64,000 nt of DNA, taken from Candidatus Woesearchaeota archaeon. Lineage in GTDB: Archaea > Nanobdellota > Nanobdellia > Woesearchaeales > UBA10216. Numbering within the stretch: the first letter of the stretch is position 1; each line of letters starts with the position of its first letter. Under the pieces are notes generated by a model. That model was not told where the DNA came from, did no database searches, and was given only the letters and a program-made list of their open reading frames with translations. The stretch covers positions 143,929 through 207,928 of the forward strand of contig JACPMZ010000003.1 of assembly GCA_016185705.1 (NCBI GenBank). The letters are read 5' to 3'. This document shows positions 1 through 9,537 of this stretch, one piece after another. A program made the position numbers and the translations under genes.

Positions 1-1
1 C

Positions 2-205
2 AGCGAAATCATACTCACAGAAATAGGCGACAAGCAAAACCCGCAGCTGCAGCCGCTGCAAAAACTGCTTGAAGCAGACACGCTGGTAATATTCAAAGAC
101 AAAAAGCCGAAGAAGATTGCTGCCATGACAAAAAAAGAATTCATGAGCTACGATTCTGCACTGGAGCTGATAAAGTTTGTCAAAGAGTTTGAGCAAAGCT
201 TATAA
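2..205 (+). CDS. 3' end of a gene truncated by the window edge (hypothetical protein)
   Basis: Open frame 2 from base 2 to TAA 203-205 (SEIILTEIGDKQNP...LIKFVKEFEQSL*), protein-like composition. Confidence 0.6.
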   Translation, partial: SEIILTEIGDKQNPQLQPLQKLLEADTLVIFKDKKPKKIAAMTKKEFMSYDSALELIKFVKEFEQSL

Positions 206-232
206 AGCTGCTGCAGTTGCTGATTCATACAA

Positions 233-2068
233 ATGGTAAAAAAGGAAGCAAATAAGGCAGAGAAACTGGTTCCGGACACTTCTGTAATCATTGAAGGCCT
301 TGTAAGCAAGAAAATAGAAAGCAAAGAGCTTGCAGCAGACATAGTGATAATACACGAGGCAGTTGTTTCCGAGCTTGAGCACCAGGCAAACACCAACAAG
401 ACCATTGGCTTCCTGGGACTTGAGGAGATTGGGAAATTAAAAGAGCTATCGGACAAGCATGGATTCAAAGTGGAATTTGCCGGAGTGAGGCCGGGAGCTG
501 ATGAAATAAGGCATGCCCGCCTGGGAGAGATTGATGCCATGATTCGGCAGCTTGCATTTGATGAAAACGCAACGCTGATGACTGCTGACCGCGTGCAGGC
601 AACAGTGGGCAAAGCAAAAAACATGAAGGTAATATTTGTGGAAGTTGAGCAGCTCGTAACAACGCTTCAGATAGAAAAATTCTTTGACAGCATGACCATG
701 AGCGTGCATCTGAGGGAAAATGTCAGGCCGGCAGCAAAAAAAGGCCAGCCGGGAAACTGGGAGTTTGTTACCGTAGCTGAGAAAGAGATTCAAAGAGATG
801 AGCTCAAAGACATCAGCCGCGAAATAATAGAAGAAGCGAATGTGCGCAAGGACGGATTTGTCGAGATAGAACGGCAGGGCAGCAGCATAGTGCAGCTCGG
901 AAACTTCAGGATAGTCATAACAAGGCCGCCGTTCAGCGACGGATGGGAAATAACAGCAGTTCGTCCAGTAAAGAAGATGTCGCTTCCTGATTATAAGCTG
1001 ACTGAAAAACTTATGGCGCGCATATCAGAGCAGGCAGAGGGCATACTCATAGCAGGCGCGCCAGGCCATGGAAAAAGCACATTGGCAAGCGCGATGGCAA
1101 TACATTACGCTTCGCAGAACAAAATAGTCAAGACCATTGAAGCTCCCAGGGACCTGATACTGCCTGACAACATTACGCAGTATTCAATGAGCCAGGGCTC
1201 ATCGCAGGAAATACACGACATACTTCTCCTTTCGCGGCCGGACTACACAATATTTGACGAAATGCGCAACACCAACGACTTCCGGCTGTTCGCAGACTTA
1301 AGATTGGCAGGCATAGGGCTTGCAGGAGTGGTGCACGCAACCAACCCAATAGACGCAATCCAGCGGTTTGTCGGCAGGATAGAACTCGGCGTAATACCGC
1401 AGGTAATTGACACAGTGATTTTCATCAAAAACGGGAGCGTTGACAAGGTGTTAAGACTGAACATGACTGTAAAAGTTCCTGAAGGAATGACAGAAGCAGA
1501 CCTCGCAAGGCCGGTAGTAGTCGTAACAGATTTTGAAACAGGAAAAATGGAGTACGAGCTCTACAGCTACGGCGAGGAAACAGTCGTGATACCAGTCATG
1601 TCTTATTCATCACCGGTAAGGCATCTGGCATCCAAAACAATAGCAGATGAAATCAGAAGGTTCACAGACCAGGTAAAAGTAGAGATGATATCTGACAACC
1701 GCTGCACTGTGTACATACCTGAGCAGGACATGGCGCGCGTTATCGGAAAAGAAGGCAGGACTATTGAGGGCATTGAAGAAAGCTTAGGAGTTTCAATTGA
1801 TTTGCAGCCATTGGGCAGGAAGCAGGCACAGGAAAGCCAGGGCAAGGAAGTGAAATTCCGCGCAAAAATAGGCAAGAAGCACGTCATGCTTGAAGTGGAC
1901 TCAGCGCTTGCAGACAGCAGCATAAACATAACTGTTGACAACGATTATGTCATGACAGCTCACGTAGGAAAAAGCGGACTTATAAAAATAAGCAGGAAGA
2001 ACAAAATAGGAAAGCTTATAGGAGAGGCAGCGGCAAGCGGCGGGAGAATAGCGCTGAGCAGCTCTTAA
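233..2068 (+). CDS. PIN-domain ATPase with KH domain (PINA / PINc-VapC family ATPase)
   Basis: N-terminal PIN (VPDTSVII), Walker A GAPGHGKST, DEMR Walker B, C-terminal KH (VIGKEG); TATA-like TTATAAA at ~200. Confidence 0.9.
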   Translation: MVKKEANKAEKLVPDTSVIIEGLVSKKIESKELAADIVIIHEAVVSELEHQANTNKTIGFLGLEEIGKLKELSDKHGFKVEFAGVRPGADEIRHARLGEIDAMIRQLAFDENATLMTADRVQATVGKAKNMKVIFVEVEQLVTTLQIEKFFDSMTMSVHLRENVRPAAKKGQPGNWEFVTVAEKEIQRDELKDISREIIEEANVRKDGFVEIERQGSSIVQLGNFRIVITRPPFSDGWEITAVRPVKKMSLPDYKLTEKLMARISEQAEGILIAGAPGHGKSTLASAMAIHYASQNKIVKTIEAPRDLILPDNITQYSMSQGSSQEIHDILLLSRPDYTIFDEMRNTNDFRLFADLRLAGIGLAGVVHATNPIDAIQRFVGRIELGVIPQVIDTVIFIKNGSVDKVLRLNMTVKVPEGMTEADLARPVVVVTDFETGKMEYELYSYGEETVVIPVMSYSSPVRHLASKTIADEIRRFTDQVKVEMISDNRCTVYIPEQDMARVIGKEGRTIEGIEESLGVSIDLQPLGRKQAQESQGKEVKFRAKIGKKHVMLEVDSALADSSINITVDNDYVMTAHVGKSGLIKISRKNKIGKLIGEAAASGGRIALSSS

Positions 2069-3741
2069 GCGACTGCCTTCATCATGTTACTTTTCCTCAC
2101 GCTACTTTTCCACGCCAGCGCCCTATACTCAGCAAGCATCCTCTCTGAGTGAACTAAAGGCCCCAGACCACTTAAAATGAAAGGCATCATATTCTGCTGC
2201 CTGCCTGAGTAATAAAATTCTCCAGACCTTCCCAGCACCGTAACAACCGCAATCGCGTCATTCTTCCGGTTGCCGTTAGTGGCAAAAGTCCAGCCAGTAA
2301 CGCGGTCAATCCTGGGCGCTTCATACCACCAGCCAGCAGGGTTGCTTATGTGGGGTATTCCATTAAGCGCAGCTTTCATGCCGCTCGTAGCGCAGGCCTC
2401 AGAGGCCGGATTTTCGTTCTCAGGGTTCTGCTGCCAGCCGTCCACTGTCCGCAGCATAAGCCTTGCAGTATCCATGCTGTAATCAGGAACAAAGGCAAAT
2501 GTTATCCTTCCACCACTGATTTTCGTCAATTCGCGTCCGGCAGCAACCGCATTTTCCAGCATATGCCTGCCAGCATCGTCATTAGGATGCGGCTTCCCTG
2601 CCATTATGAACTGCATCCTGAAAGGAATGTTATCTGCAACGTAGCCAATAAAATCCGGATTCAATACAAGGTCGTGCCGCTTGTACAGAGTTGCCCTCCT
2701 TGCAAAGCCAACAGTATAAACATCGGGGCTCAGCTGCATGCCTGTGAGAGCTGACAGCTCTGCCAAGGCAGCGGCTTTTCCTTTCATGTGAGCTTTCCAG
2801 AGGTCTGCAGGGCTGATTTGAGCTGCGCCCAAAAAGGCAGCAGGATTTGTTCTCCAAGCCACAAGATGCCTGTCATAAACCTCTGCCATGTCTGCAGAAA
2901 CCCAGGTCGGAGGATGAACGGCATTTGTTATGTAACCAAAATTCATGTTAGGGAAAATAGCGTTAAGCACCTCGGCATGCTGGAGCGAAACGCCGAAGTT
3001 TGCACTGCTGTGCCTCGCACACAGCCTGTTTGCCACGATTTCTGAGCCCTCCACGCATTCATCAACACTACGGTTGCCATTCATCAGGTCTCCAAGCTTT
3101 GAGTGCAGCATCCCAACCGAAAGCCTTGGCATGGTGTTTTGCATGACACTGTGGTTAAAGAACGTGTTTCCGGCTATCACATCTTCAAGCTCATGCGACT
3201 GCCTGAGCTGCTCCAGCACAATCATGCTTGAATGGCCTTCATTCAAGTGATGCTTTGTGATGTCAAATCCAAGCTTCTGAAGCATGAGCAGGCCGCCGAT
3301 TCCAAGCACCATCTGCTGGAGATGGGCAGTGCTGCTGCCGTGAATGTATCCGTTCCTGTAAAGCCCGGCTGTTATGCCCCTCGCCCATTCCTCGTTTCCT
3401 TCTGTGTCGGTTGTCAGCATAATTACTGGAACATTTCCTGATACGCCTTTAGCATCATACTGCCATGCCCCGACCTCAACCCGGCTGCCATCAAACGGAA
3501 TAGCAACTATGTCGTCAAGACGCCTCATGCCATGGTCTTCCGGCTTCCAAAACTGCGGCAGACCTTGCTGAGTAGCATAACCCTGAGGATACAGAAGAGT
3601 AACTGCAACCACATCGTCTCCAGCGTCTGCAGCAGCCCGCATGGTGTCGCCTGCAAGCACGCCCAAGCCGCCGGAATATGTTGGAATGCCGCTTTCAACC
3701 GCGATTTCCGAGCTGAAATACCCGACCGTCATCTGCTTCAC
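2065..3741 (-). CDS. glgP: alpha-glucan phosphorylase family protein (GT35), divergent
   Basis: YSGGLGVLAGD, HLNEGH, FARRATLYKR, AGKPHPND, PLP-lysine motif EACATSGMK. Confidence 0.85.
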   Translation of the reverse strand: MKQMTVGYFSSEIAVESGIPTYSGGLGVLAGDTMRAAADAGDDVVAVTLLYPQGYATQQGLPQFWKPEDHGMRRLDDIVAIPFDGSRVEVGAWQYDAKGVSGNVPVIMLTTDTEGNEEWARGITAGLYRNGYIHGSSTAHLQQMVLGIGGLLMLQKLGFDITKHHLNEGHSSMIVLEQLRQSHELEDVIAGNTFFNHSVMQNTMPRLSVGMLHSKLGDLMNGNRSVDECVEGSEIVANRLCARHSSANFGVSLQHAEVLNAIFPNMNFGYITNAVHPPTWVSADMAEVYDRHLVAWRTNPAAFLGAAQISPADLWKAHMKGKAAALAELSALTGMQLSPDVYTVGFARRATLYKRHDLVLNPDFIGYVADNIPFRMQFIMAGKPHPNDDAGRHMLENAVAAGRELTKISGGRITFAFVPDYSMDTARLMLRTVDGWQQNPENENPASEACATSGMKAALNGIPHISNPAGWWYEAPRIDRVTGWTFATNGNRKNDAIAVVTVLGRSGEFYYSGRQQNMMPFILSGLGPLVHSERMLAEYRALAWKSSVRKSNMMKAVA

Positions 3742-3845
3742 CCCTATTGCTTAATATATCATACTTTGTATGAGCTTGTATTTAAATTTTTTGGAAACAT
3801 CACTGAGTGCAGGCAGAATGATGAGGTTGGTGTCCTGCTAATTAA

Positions 3846-3921
3846 TGGAAGACATCATAGGAAATGTTATGCCTTCCAAACTTTAGCTGAGGAAAATGAA
3901 TATGCGAAACTATTGTCCTCA
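3846..3921. repeat. two-unit palindromic mosaic (GGAAGACAT-type + TGAGGA/TCCTCA-type units)
   Basis: Near-identical to 12422-12505; the units recur at 55905, 6586 and 63941. Confidence 0.8.
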
Positions 3922-3968
3922 ATTAAATTTACAAAAGATTTATATTAGCGTAGGGGAGTAAAAAGAGC

Positions 3969-5240
3969 ATGCTCGACATCAAATTCATAAAGGAAAACAT
4001 TTCTGACGTCAAAAAGGACCTCCAGAAGCGCGGGGAAAAGGAAAAAGTTGGCCTTGTTTATGAGCTTGTCAAGAAAAACGATGAATTCAATGAGCTGCGT
4101 GAGAGCAATGAGAAGCTAAGGCACAAAAGAAACCTGATAACACGGGAAATTAATGAACTGCGAAAAGAAGGCAGGGACATAAAAGCCAAGGTAAAGGAGG
4201 CACAGGAGCTTCCATCAAAGATTGAAGCATCTGACAGCAAACTGCATGAGCTGGAGCAGCGCATGCAGGAAATTCTGCAGCAAATACCAAACGTGCTGCA
4301 CAGCTCAGTGCCCGCAGGCAAAGATGAAACAGAAAACAAGCAGGTAAGAGTGTGGGGCAAGCCGAAAAAGCTTGTTGACATCCACAGCCATGGAGAAATA
4401 CTGGAGGACAAGGGACTGGCAGACTTCAAAAGGGCTGCAAAAATATCCGGCGCAGGATTTCACTTTCTGAAAGGAGATTTGGTTAAGCTGTCGCTGGCAC
4501 TGATAAATTTTGCCACAAGCGAGCTTGAAAAAAAAGGCTTCACGCTTATAGAGCCGCCGTACATGATGAGAAAGCAGCCGTATTCAGCGGTAACCGAAAT
4601 GCACGCATTCCAGGATGTAATGTATAAAATAGAGGGCGAGGACAGCTACCTGATTGCAACTTCGGAGCATCCGATAGCTGCGATGCACATGGATGAAACT
4701 TTCAAAGAGGAGGATCTGCCCATCAAATACTGCGGGGTAAGCACAAATTTCAGGAAGGAAATAGGAAGCCACGGCGTTGATACAAGAGGGCTGTTCAGGG
4801 TGCACCAGTTCAGCAAAGTGGAAATGTTTGTGTTCTCAAAGCAAAAGGAATCATGGAAAATGCATGAGGAGCTGCTTGCCACCGCAGAAGCCCTTGTCAG
4901 GAAGCTGAAAATCCCATACCAAGTTGTTAACGTATGCAGCGGAGACATAGGAATGATAGCAGCCAAGAAATATGACATCAATGCCTGGTTCCCCCGCCAA
5001 AACAAGTACGGCGAAATAATAAGCTGCAGCAACTGCACAAGCTACCAGGCAGCATCCCTTAACATAAAATATGAGAAGAGCAGCGGAGAGAAGGAGCATG
5101 CGCATACATTAAATTCCACAGCCATAGCAGTCGGCAGAATGCTCGTTGCAATAACAGAAAACTACCAGAACAAGGACGGAAGCATAAGCGTTCCTCTGGC
5201 ACTGCAGAAATACATGGGGAAGAAAGTGATTGGAAAATAA
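3969..5240 (+). CDS. serS: seryl-tRNA synthetase
   Basis: MLDIKFI start, coiled-coil arm, LIATSEHP, FRKE..GLFRVHQF, EIISCSNC, HTLNST. Confidence 0.97.
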   Translation: MLDIKFIKENISDVKKDLQKRGEKEKVGLVYELVKKNDEFNELRESNEKLRHKRNLITREINELRKEGRDIKAKVKEAQELPSKIEASDSKLHELEQRMQEILQQIPNVLHSSVPAGKDETENKQVRVWGKPKKLVDIHSHGEILEDKGLADFKRAAKISGAGFHFLKGDLVKLSLALINFATSELEKKGFTLIEPPYMMRKQPYSAVTEMHAFQDVMYKIEGEDSYLIATSEHPIAAMHMDETFKEEDLPIKYCGVSTNFRKEIGSHGVDTRGLFRVHQFSKVEMFVFSKQKESWKMHEELLATAEALVRKLKIPYQVVNVCSGDIGMIAAKKYDINAWFPRQNKYGEIISCSNCTSYQAASLNIKYEKSSGEKEHAHTLNSTAIAVGRMLVAITENYQNKDGSISVPLALQKYMGKKVIGK

Positions 5241-5399
5241 GCAAAGCGCGCAAAGCCCGTACTCTACACCCTGTTATGCTACTCACTCACATATTTTTAT
5301 TTACTTAGTAACATATGTAATTAAGTTCCATAAAGTTTAACTTGATTTTTTGTTCGTGCTTGCACAAACTATATAAACATTCCTTCCAGACTCCAGGCA

Positions 5400-6476
5400 A
5401 TGGGGACATTCAATGAGCTGCTCAAGAGCGGGGAGTCTTTGATAAAGAATGAAGTTGCGCTTGACTACAGCTACATCCCGAAGCTTGTCCCTTACCGCGA
5501 AAGCCAGATGAAGAAGATTGCCTTCGCAGTAAAGCCGCTGTTTCAGAAGCGGAATGGCAGGAACATGTTTGTTTACGGCCCGCCGGGAGTGGGGAAAACA
5601 GTGGCTGTAAGGCATCTGCTGCAGGAGATTGAGGAGGAATCCGAAGACATTACGCCGTTCTACATCAACGGCTGGCAAAAAAACACTGCATTCAAGATAC
5701 TGGCAGAGATGTGCGATATCATTGGCTACAAGCTAATCCAGAACAAGCGCACTGAAGAGCTGTTTGCATTGGTAAAGGAGTACCTCAACAAATCAGAGCG
5801 CGCAGCAGTGTTCGTGTTTGACGAAATAGACAAAATCGAGGACACGGACTTCATATACAACCTTCTTGAAGAGATATTCAGGAAATCAGTAATCCTGATA
5901 ACCAACTACAAGGAATATGTCGCTGAGCTTGACGAGCGGCTTAAGTCACGGCTTACAGCAGAAATGCTTGAATTCCAGGCCTACAACCTGACTGAGACAA
6001 GGGGCATACTGCAGCAGAGAATGGAATACGCATTCGTTCCAGGAGTATGGGAAGAGGCAGCGGCGGAAACAATTGTGCAGAAGACAGCCCAAATTTCAGA
6101 CATACGATCCGGACTCTACCTGATGAAAGAAGCAGCGCTCATGGCAGAGGAAAGAAGCTCAAAAAAAATTACGGCTGCAGACGTGAACGCATCCATGAAG
6201 AAGCTCGATGACTTCAGCATCAAAAAAACAGAAGAGCTGGATGAGGAAGTAAGGAGAATCCTGGACATTATCAAGGAAAACAGCGGCAAAAGAATAGGGG
6301 ATGTTTACCGGGCATACCAGGAAGGCGGTGGCAAGCTGGTGTACAAAACATTCTGGAGAAAAATAAACAAATTAGAGGAAGACAAATTCATAACAACCAA
6401 AAAGATAGAAGGCGGAAAGGAAGGAAAAACAACAATAATCAATTATGGAAAAGAGAAAAAGCTGACGGAATTCTAA
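5400..6476 (+). CDS. cdc6: Cdc6/Orc1 family replication initiation AAA+ protein
   Basis: YIPKLVPYRE, Walker A GPPGVGKT, FDEID, C-terminal winged-helix region. Confidence 0.85.
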   Translation: MGTFNELLKSGESLIKNEVALDYSYIPKLVPYRESQMKKIAFAVKPLFQKRNGRNMFVYGPPGVGKTVAVRHLLQEIEEESEDITPFYINGWQKNTAFKILAEMCDIIGYKLIQNKRTEELFALVKEYLNKSERAAVFVFDEIDKIEDTDFIYNLLEEIFRKSVILITNYKEYVAELDERLKSRLTAEMLEFQAYNLTETRGILQQRMEYAFVPGVWEEAAAETIVQKTAQISDIRSGLYLMKEAALMAEERSSKKITAADVNASMKKLDDFSIKKTEELDEEVRRILDIIKENSGKRIGDVYRAYQEGGGKLVYKTFWRKINKLEEDKFITTKKIEGGKEGKTTIINYGKEKKLTEF

Positions 6477-6532
6477 AGCCTAATCCTTCTGCCAAGCCCC
6501 CGATTCCGCCTAACAAGCCAGCTAATACGAGT

Positions 6533-6619
6533 TATAGCAAATGACACAAATCTTTATACATGGATATGTCATTTGCTTATTACGAACGGACAACTATTTG
6601 TATGAAAACTATTGTCCGT
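6533..6619. repeat. two-unit palindromic mosaic (AGCAAATGACA arms + ACGGACAA arms)
   Basis: Inverted repeats 6536-6546/6567-6577 and 6586-6593/6612-6619. Confidence 0.75.
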
Positions 6620-6652
6620 GAGTATAATTCATTATAACTCCCCTCTTTGAGT

Positions 6653-7972
6653 TTATTTCAGCAGCCATTTCCATAACGGAATAAACTTAATCTTCCTGCC
6701 CCCCCTTGTTTCTTCGGCTTCATAATCATCAGTTATTACAATCAGTTTTCTGCACTTCAGCTCCTTTCCTGATTTAAGCAATGCATTTACCTCTCTTTTC
6801 TTTGTGTCATAATTGCCTGTATCATAGCATACCTGAATCAACTCCTTTATATCCTTGCCTTCCTTTACAACAAAATCAACTTCATTCTGGTATGTATCCT
6901 GCCAGTAGTATATTTCAGATTGTGCCATTCTTCTTGCCAATTCCAGAAAAACCATGTTCTCGTATACCTTCCCGATATTCTGCGAGAAACTAGTGCTTAA
7001 TGCGCCTATCATTCCAGTATCAACAGCATATATTTTTCTTGCGGCAATCACCCTTTCCTTTGCCTTGTATGAGAAGCGCGGCACTAAAAAGAACAAAAAT
7101 GATTCTTCCAGGAAAGACAGATAGTTTAATGCAGTATGCACGCTTTTTAGGTTAAATATGTTTTTTATCTTGTTAAAGCTTACATGCGAAGCGGTATTAG
7201 AGATGAGGCTGTTTGCTATATCCCTTAAAGTTTTTGAAAATTTTATCTTATAGCGGATTATTATATCCTTGTTGAGTATGTCGGAATATAAGGATTGAAG
7301 ATATGCCTTTTTATTTGCAGGGTCCTTGACAACTTCGGGAAACCCTCCTGTGGATATATACTCTCCAAGCTTTTTTTTCAAAAGACCCCTCTCCTTTGTG
7401 GATAATAAATCCGCATTCTTGACAACAACTCCATGATATTTCAGGAACTCCCTGAAAGAAAAAGGGAAAAGCTCAAGAGGTATATTCCTTCCTGTAAGAT
7501 GGGTTGATAATTCCCTACTCAAAAGATGCGCATTGCTTCCTGTAACAATGACATTAAACCCCTGCCTTTGCAGCCTGTTGACGAATAATTCCCAGCCGGC
7601 AATATTTTGCACCTCATCCAGCAATATATACTTAAAATTCCCATATACCTCGTAAAACACTTCGAGAACATCATTTAAATCTGCAGCAGCAAGATTGGCA
7701 AGATTCTCATCATCAAAGTTAATATATGCAAATGGCTTGTCTTTAAGCAGCTGATAGGAAAGCATTGATTTGCCGCATCTTCTTATTCCCATTATTACTT
7801 TAACCTGTGTTGATTTTGAATAAGCCCTGTATTTTTCAAAGCAGCTTCTTTCAATTATCTTTGTTCTTGAGGATAATGATTCTATCTCTTCTTTTTGGTC
7901 TATAACTGCTTTTTTTAATTTGTTTTTTTCCATGTTGAGTATAAATGCACATTTTATATCTAAATTATGCAC
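6653..7972 (-). CDS. AAA_14 ATPase with C-terminal DUF4143 (PD-(D/E)XK-like) domain
   Basis: GIRRCGKS, LDEVQ, VTGSNA, GGFPE, KIYAVDTG, EVDFVV; AT-richer than flanks; start probably the second Met (7933). Confidence 0.88.
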   Translation of the reverse strand: MHNLDIKCAFILNMEKNKLKKAVIDQKEEIESLSSRTKIIERSCFEKYRAYSKSTQVKVIMGIRRCGKSMLSYQLLKDKPFAYINFDDENLANLAAADLNDVLEVFYEVYGNFKYILLDEVQNIAGWELFVNRLQRQGFNVIVTGSNAHLLSRELSTHLTGRNIPLELFPFSFREFLKYHGVVVKNADLLSTKERGLLKKKLGEYISTGGFPEVVKDPANKKAYLQSLYSDILNKDIIIRYKIKFSKTLRDIANSLISNTASHVSFNKIKNIFNLKSVHTALNYLSFLEESFLFFLVPRFSYKAKERVIAARKIYAVDTGMIGALSTSFSQNIGKVYENMVFLELARRMAQSEIYYWQDTYQNEVDFVVKEGKDIKELIQVCYDTGNYDTKKREVNALLKSGKELKCRKLIVITDDYEAEETRGGRKIKFIPLWKWLLK

Positions 7973-8010
7973 TGGAGAAGCATATTATTATTTAAACCTT
8001 TCTATTTTTT

Positions 8011-8153
8011 GGTAATGTCAAGTTAAGTGGCAAAACTGTCGCACACTGCTCTGATTTTTTTCTCCCCCCCTTAAAAAATAAGGGGGGAGAAAAAAATCAG
8101 CCAAGCAGGCATCGGCAAGCTCAGGATTGCAGGACACACAACTTGACATTACC
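8011..8153. mobile_element. 143-bp MITE family A, complete copy
   Basis: 14-bp perfect TIR GGTAATGTCAAGTT...AACTTGACATTACC; internal 50-bp hairpin 8051-8100; degenerate 9-bp flanking duplication CTATTTTTT/CAATTTTTC. Confidence 0.85.
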
Positions 8154-8191
8154 CAATTTTTCTGTCCTTTATGGAGTAATATTTCTTTCCC

Positions 8192-8464
8192 TCAATACCT
8201 GACATCAAACCCGTCAAATTCTGCCGTAGCCGCGCTTTCCTTAACATCAATGTTCCTGACAAAAGCCATCAGCGGCCCCTTTTTGCAGGCCTTAACGAAC
8301 TGGTTCAACGCATCCTCAGCTCCCTCAGCAACAACTTCAACGTTCCCATCGCCCAGATTCTTCACATAGCCGGAAATATCAAGCTTCTCGGCTTCACGCC
8401 GGGCAAAGTCCCTGTAAAGAACTCCCTGAACCCTGCCTGAGATTATCATATGGATGCGCTTCAT
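8192..8464 (-). CDS. acyP: acylphosphatase
   Basis: ISGRVQGVLYR, GYVKNLGDGNVEVVAEG. Confidence 0.95.
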   Translation of the reverse strand: MKRIHMIISGRVQGVLYRDFARREAEKLDISGYVKNLGDGNVEVVAEGAEDALNQFVKACKKGPLMAFVRNIDVKESAATAEFDGFDVRY

Positions 8465-8506
8465 GCAGCGCGAAAATGCGAACTGGTATTAATTATTTGC
8501 TGCATA

Positions 8507-8630
8507 TGCAGCATCTCCGTAAGTAGCTACTCTGCCCTGGCAACTGCGCCCTGTTTCCACCTCCCTTAGAAAGTTAAGGGAGGTGGAAACAGGGTGCTTA
8601 GGAAAAAGTCCCCGTTTCGGAGATACCGCA
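8507..8630. mobile_element. MITE-like family B element (CAGYATCTCCG ends) with perfect 20-bp hairpin
   Basis: Ends 11/13 inverted; hairpin 8549-8594; homologous to 27091-27270 and 48076-48199. Confidence 0.7.
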
Positions 8631-8857
8631 ATTTAAGGGAAGGAAAAAGGAAGCTGGCATGAGTAACGAAGCTGCCATAGCTGGGCACGCAAAAGTCGGC
8701 ATTGCCAACCTGACCTTACCGAACCTACGCTGCTTTTATAAATTATATAACGCCTTTTGAAAATATGCATGTAATGCCAGTACTATATATTATCAATAGG
8801 CAAACTATAAAAGAGCAGCATGCACGCGAAAATCACAGGGCAAGAGAGGTGATTGGA

Positions 8858-8986
8858 ATGAGAAATATGTGCACGCGCTGCGGCATGGCAATATTCAAAA
8901 GTGCGCTGGCTGATGCATATCTGTGCAGGATGTGCGAACGCACAATGAGCACAGAAGAATTGTATGCGCACTTCGACATGAGATAA
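8858..8986 (+). CDS. small Zn-ribbon protein (42 aa, CxxC..CxxC)
   Basis: GAGGTGA Shine-Dalgarno at 8846-8852; MRNMCTRCG...LCRMCE. Confidence 0.65.
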   Translation: MRNMCTRCGMAIFKSALADAYLCRMCERTMSTEELYAHFDMR

Positions 8987-9031
8987 GCGGCAAACAAAAT
9001 CTTTAAATAGTACTCCTAAATATCAGGCTAC

Positions 9032-9436
9032 ATGGCTATTGTCGGATTTAACTTTACGAAAATTCTTGTTGAGAAAAAAGCAGCCCTCAGGGGAAAGGTA
9101 GACATCAAAAACAACGTATCAGTCAAGGAAGTTGACAGTACAGAGCTGTCACTGGGCAGCTCAAAAGAAAAAGCGCTGAGATTCGGCTTTGAATTCACCT
9201 CCGAATATTCGCCTGACGTCGGCCAAATAATGCTGAATGGAGACGTTCTGTATATGAGCGCTGATGGAAAGCACGAAGAGATACTGAAAAACTGGAAAAA
9301 AGACAAACAAGTTCCAAAAGACACAATGAGCGATATTCTGAATACAGTCCTGCTGCGGTGCAACGTAGAGGCATTAGTGCTGAGCAGGGATGTAAACCTG
9401 CCGCCGCCAATACCGATGCCCAAGGTACAGAGATAA
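9032..9436 (+). CDS. conserved archaeal hypothetical protein
   Basis: Clean ORF, TTTAAATA box 30 nt upstream, C-terminal LPPPIPMPKV. Confidence 0.8.
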   Translation: MAIVGFNFTKILVEKKAALRGKVDIKNNVSVKEVDSTELSLGSSKEKALRFGFEFTSEYSPDVGQIMLNGDVLYMSADGKHEEILKNWKKDKQVPKDTMSDILNTVLLRCNVEALVLSRDVNLPPPIPMPKVQR

Positions 9437-9537
9437 TTCTTTGTGCGCTAAACAAAAGCTGCATTTTCCCAAGAGCTTCCACTGGGAACGTTACACATAC
9501 TAAAAATTTAAATAAGACGTATTAATGCCGGTGTAAC

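Noticed and set aside
5241-5399. Replication origin upstream of cdc6
   Set aside because: AT-rich, but no repeated ORB boxes could be identified; only partial TTCCA matches
8127-8369. ORFs beginning MQDTQLDI (also 27060-27251)
   Set aside because: They start inside MITE family A and run antisense to real genes or through repeats
8580-8594. GAGGTGGAAACAGGG as an ORB
   Set aside because: It is one arm of the family B hairpin and lacks the TCCA half of an ORB
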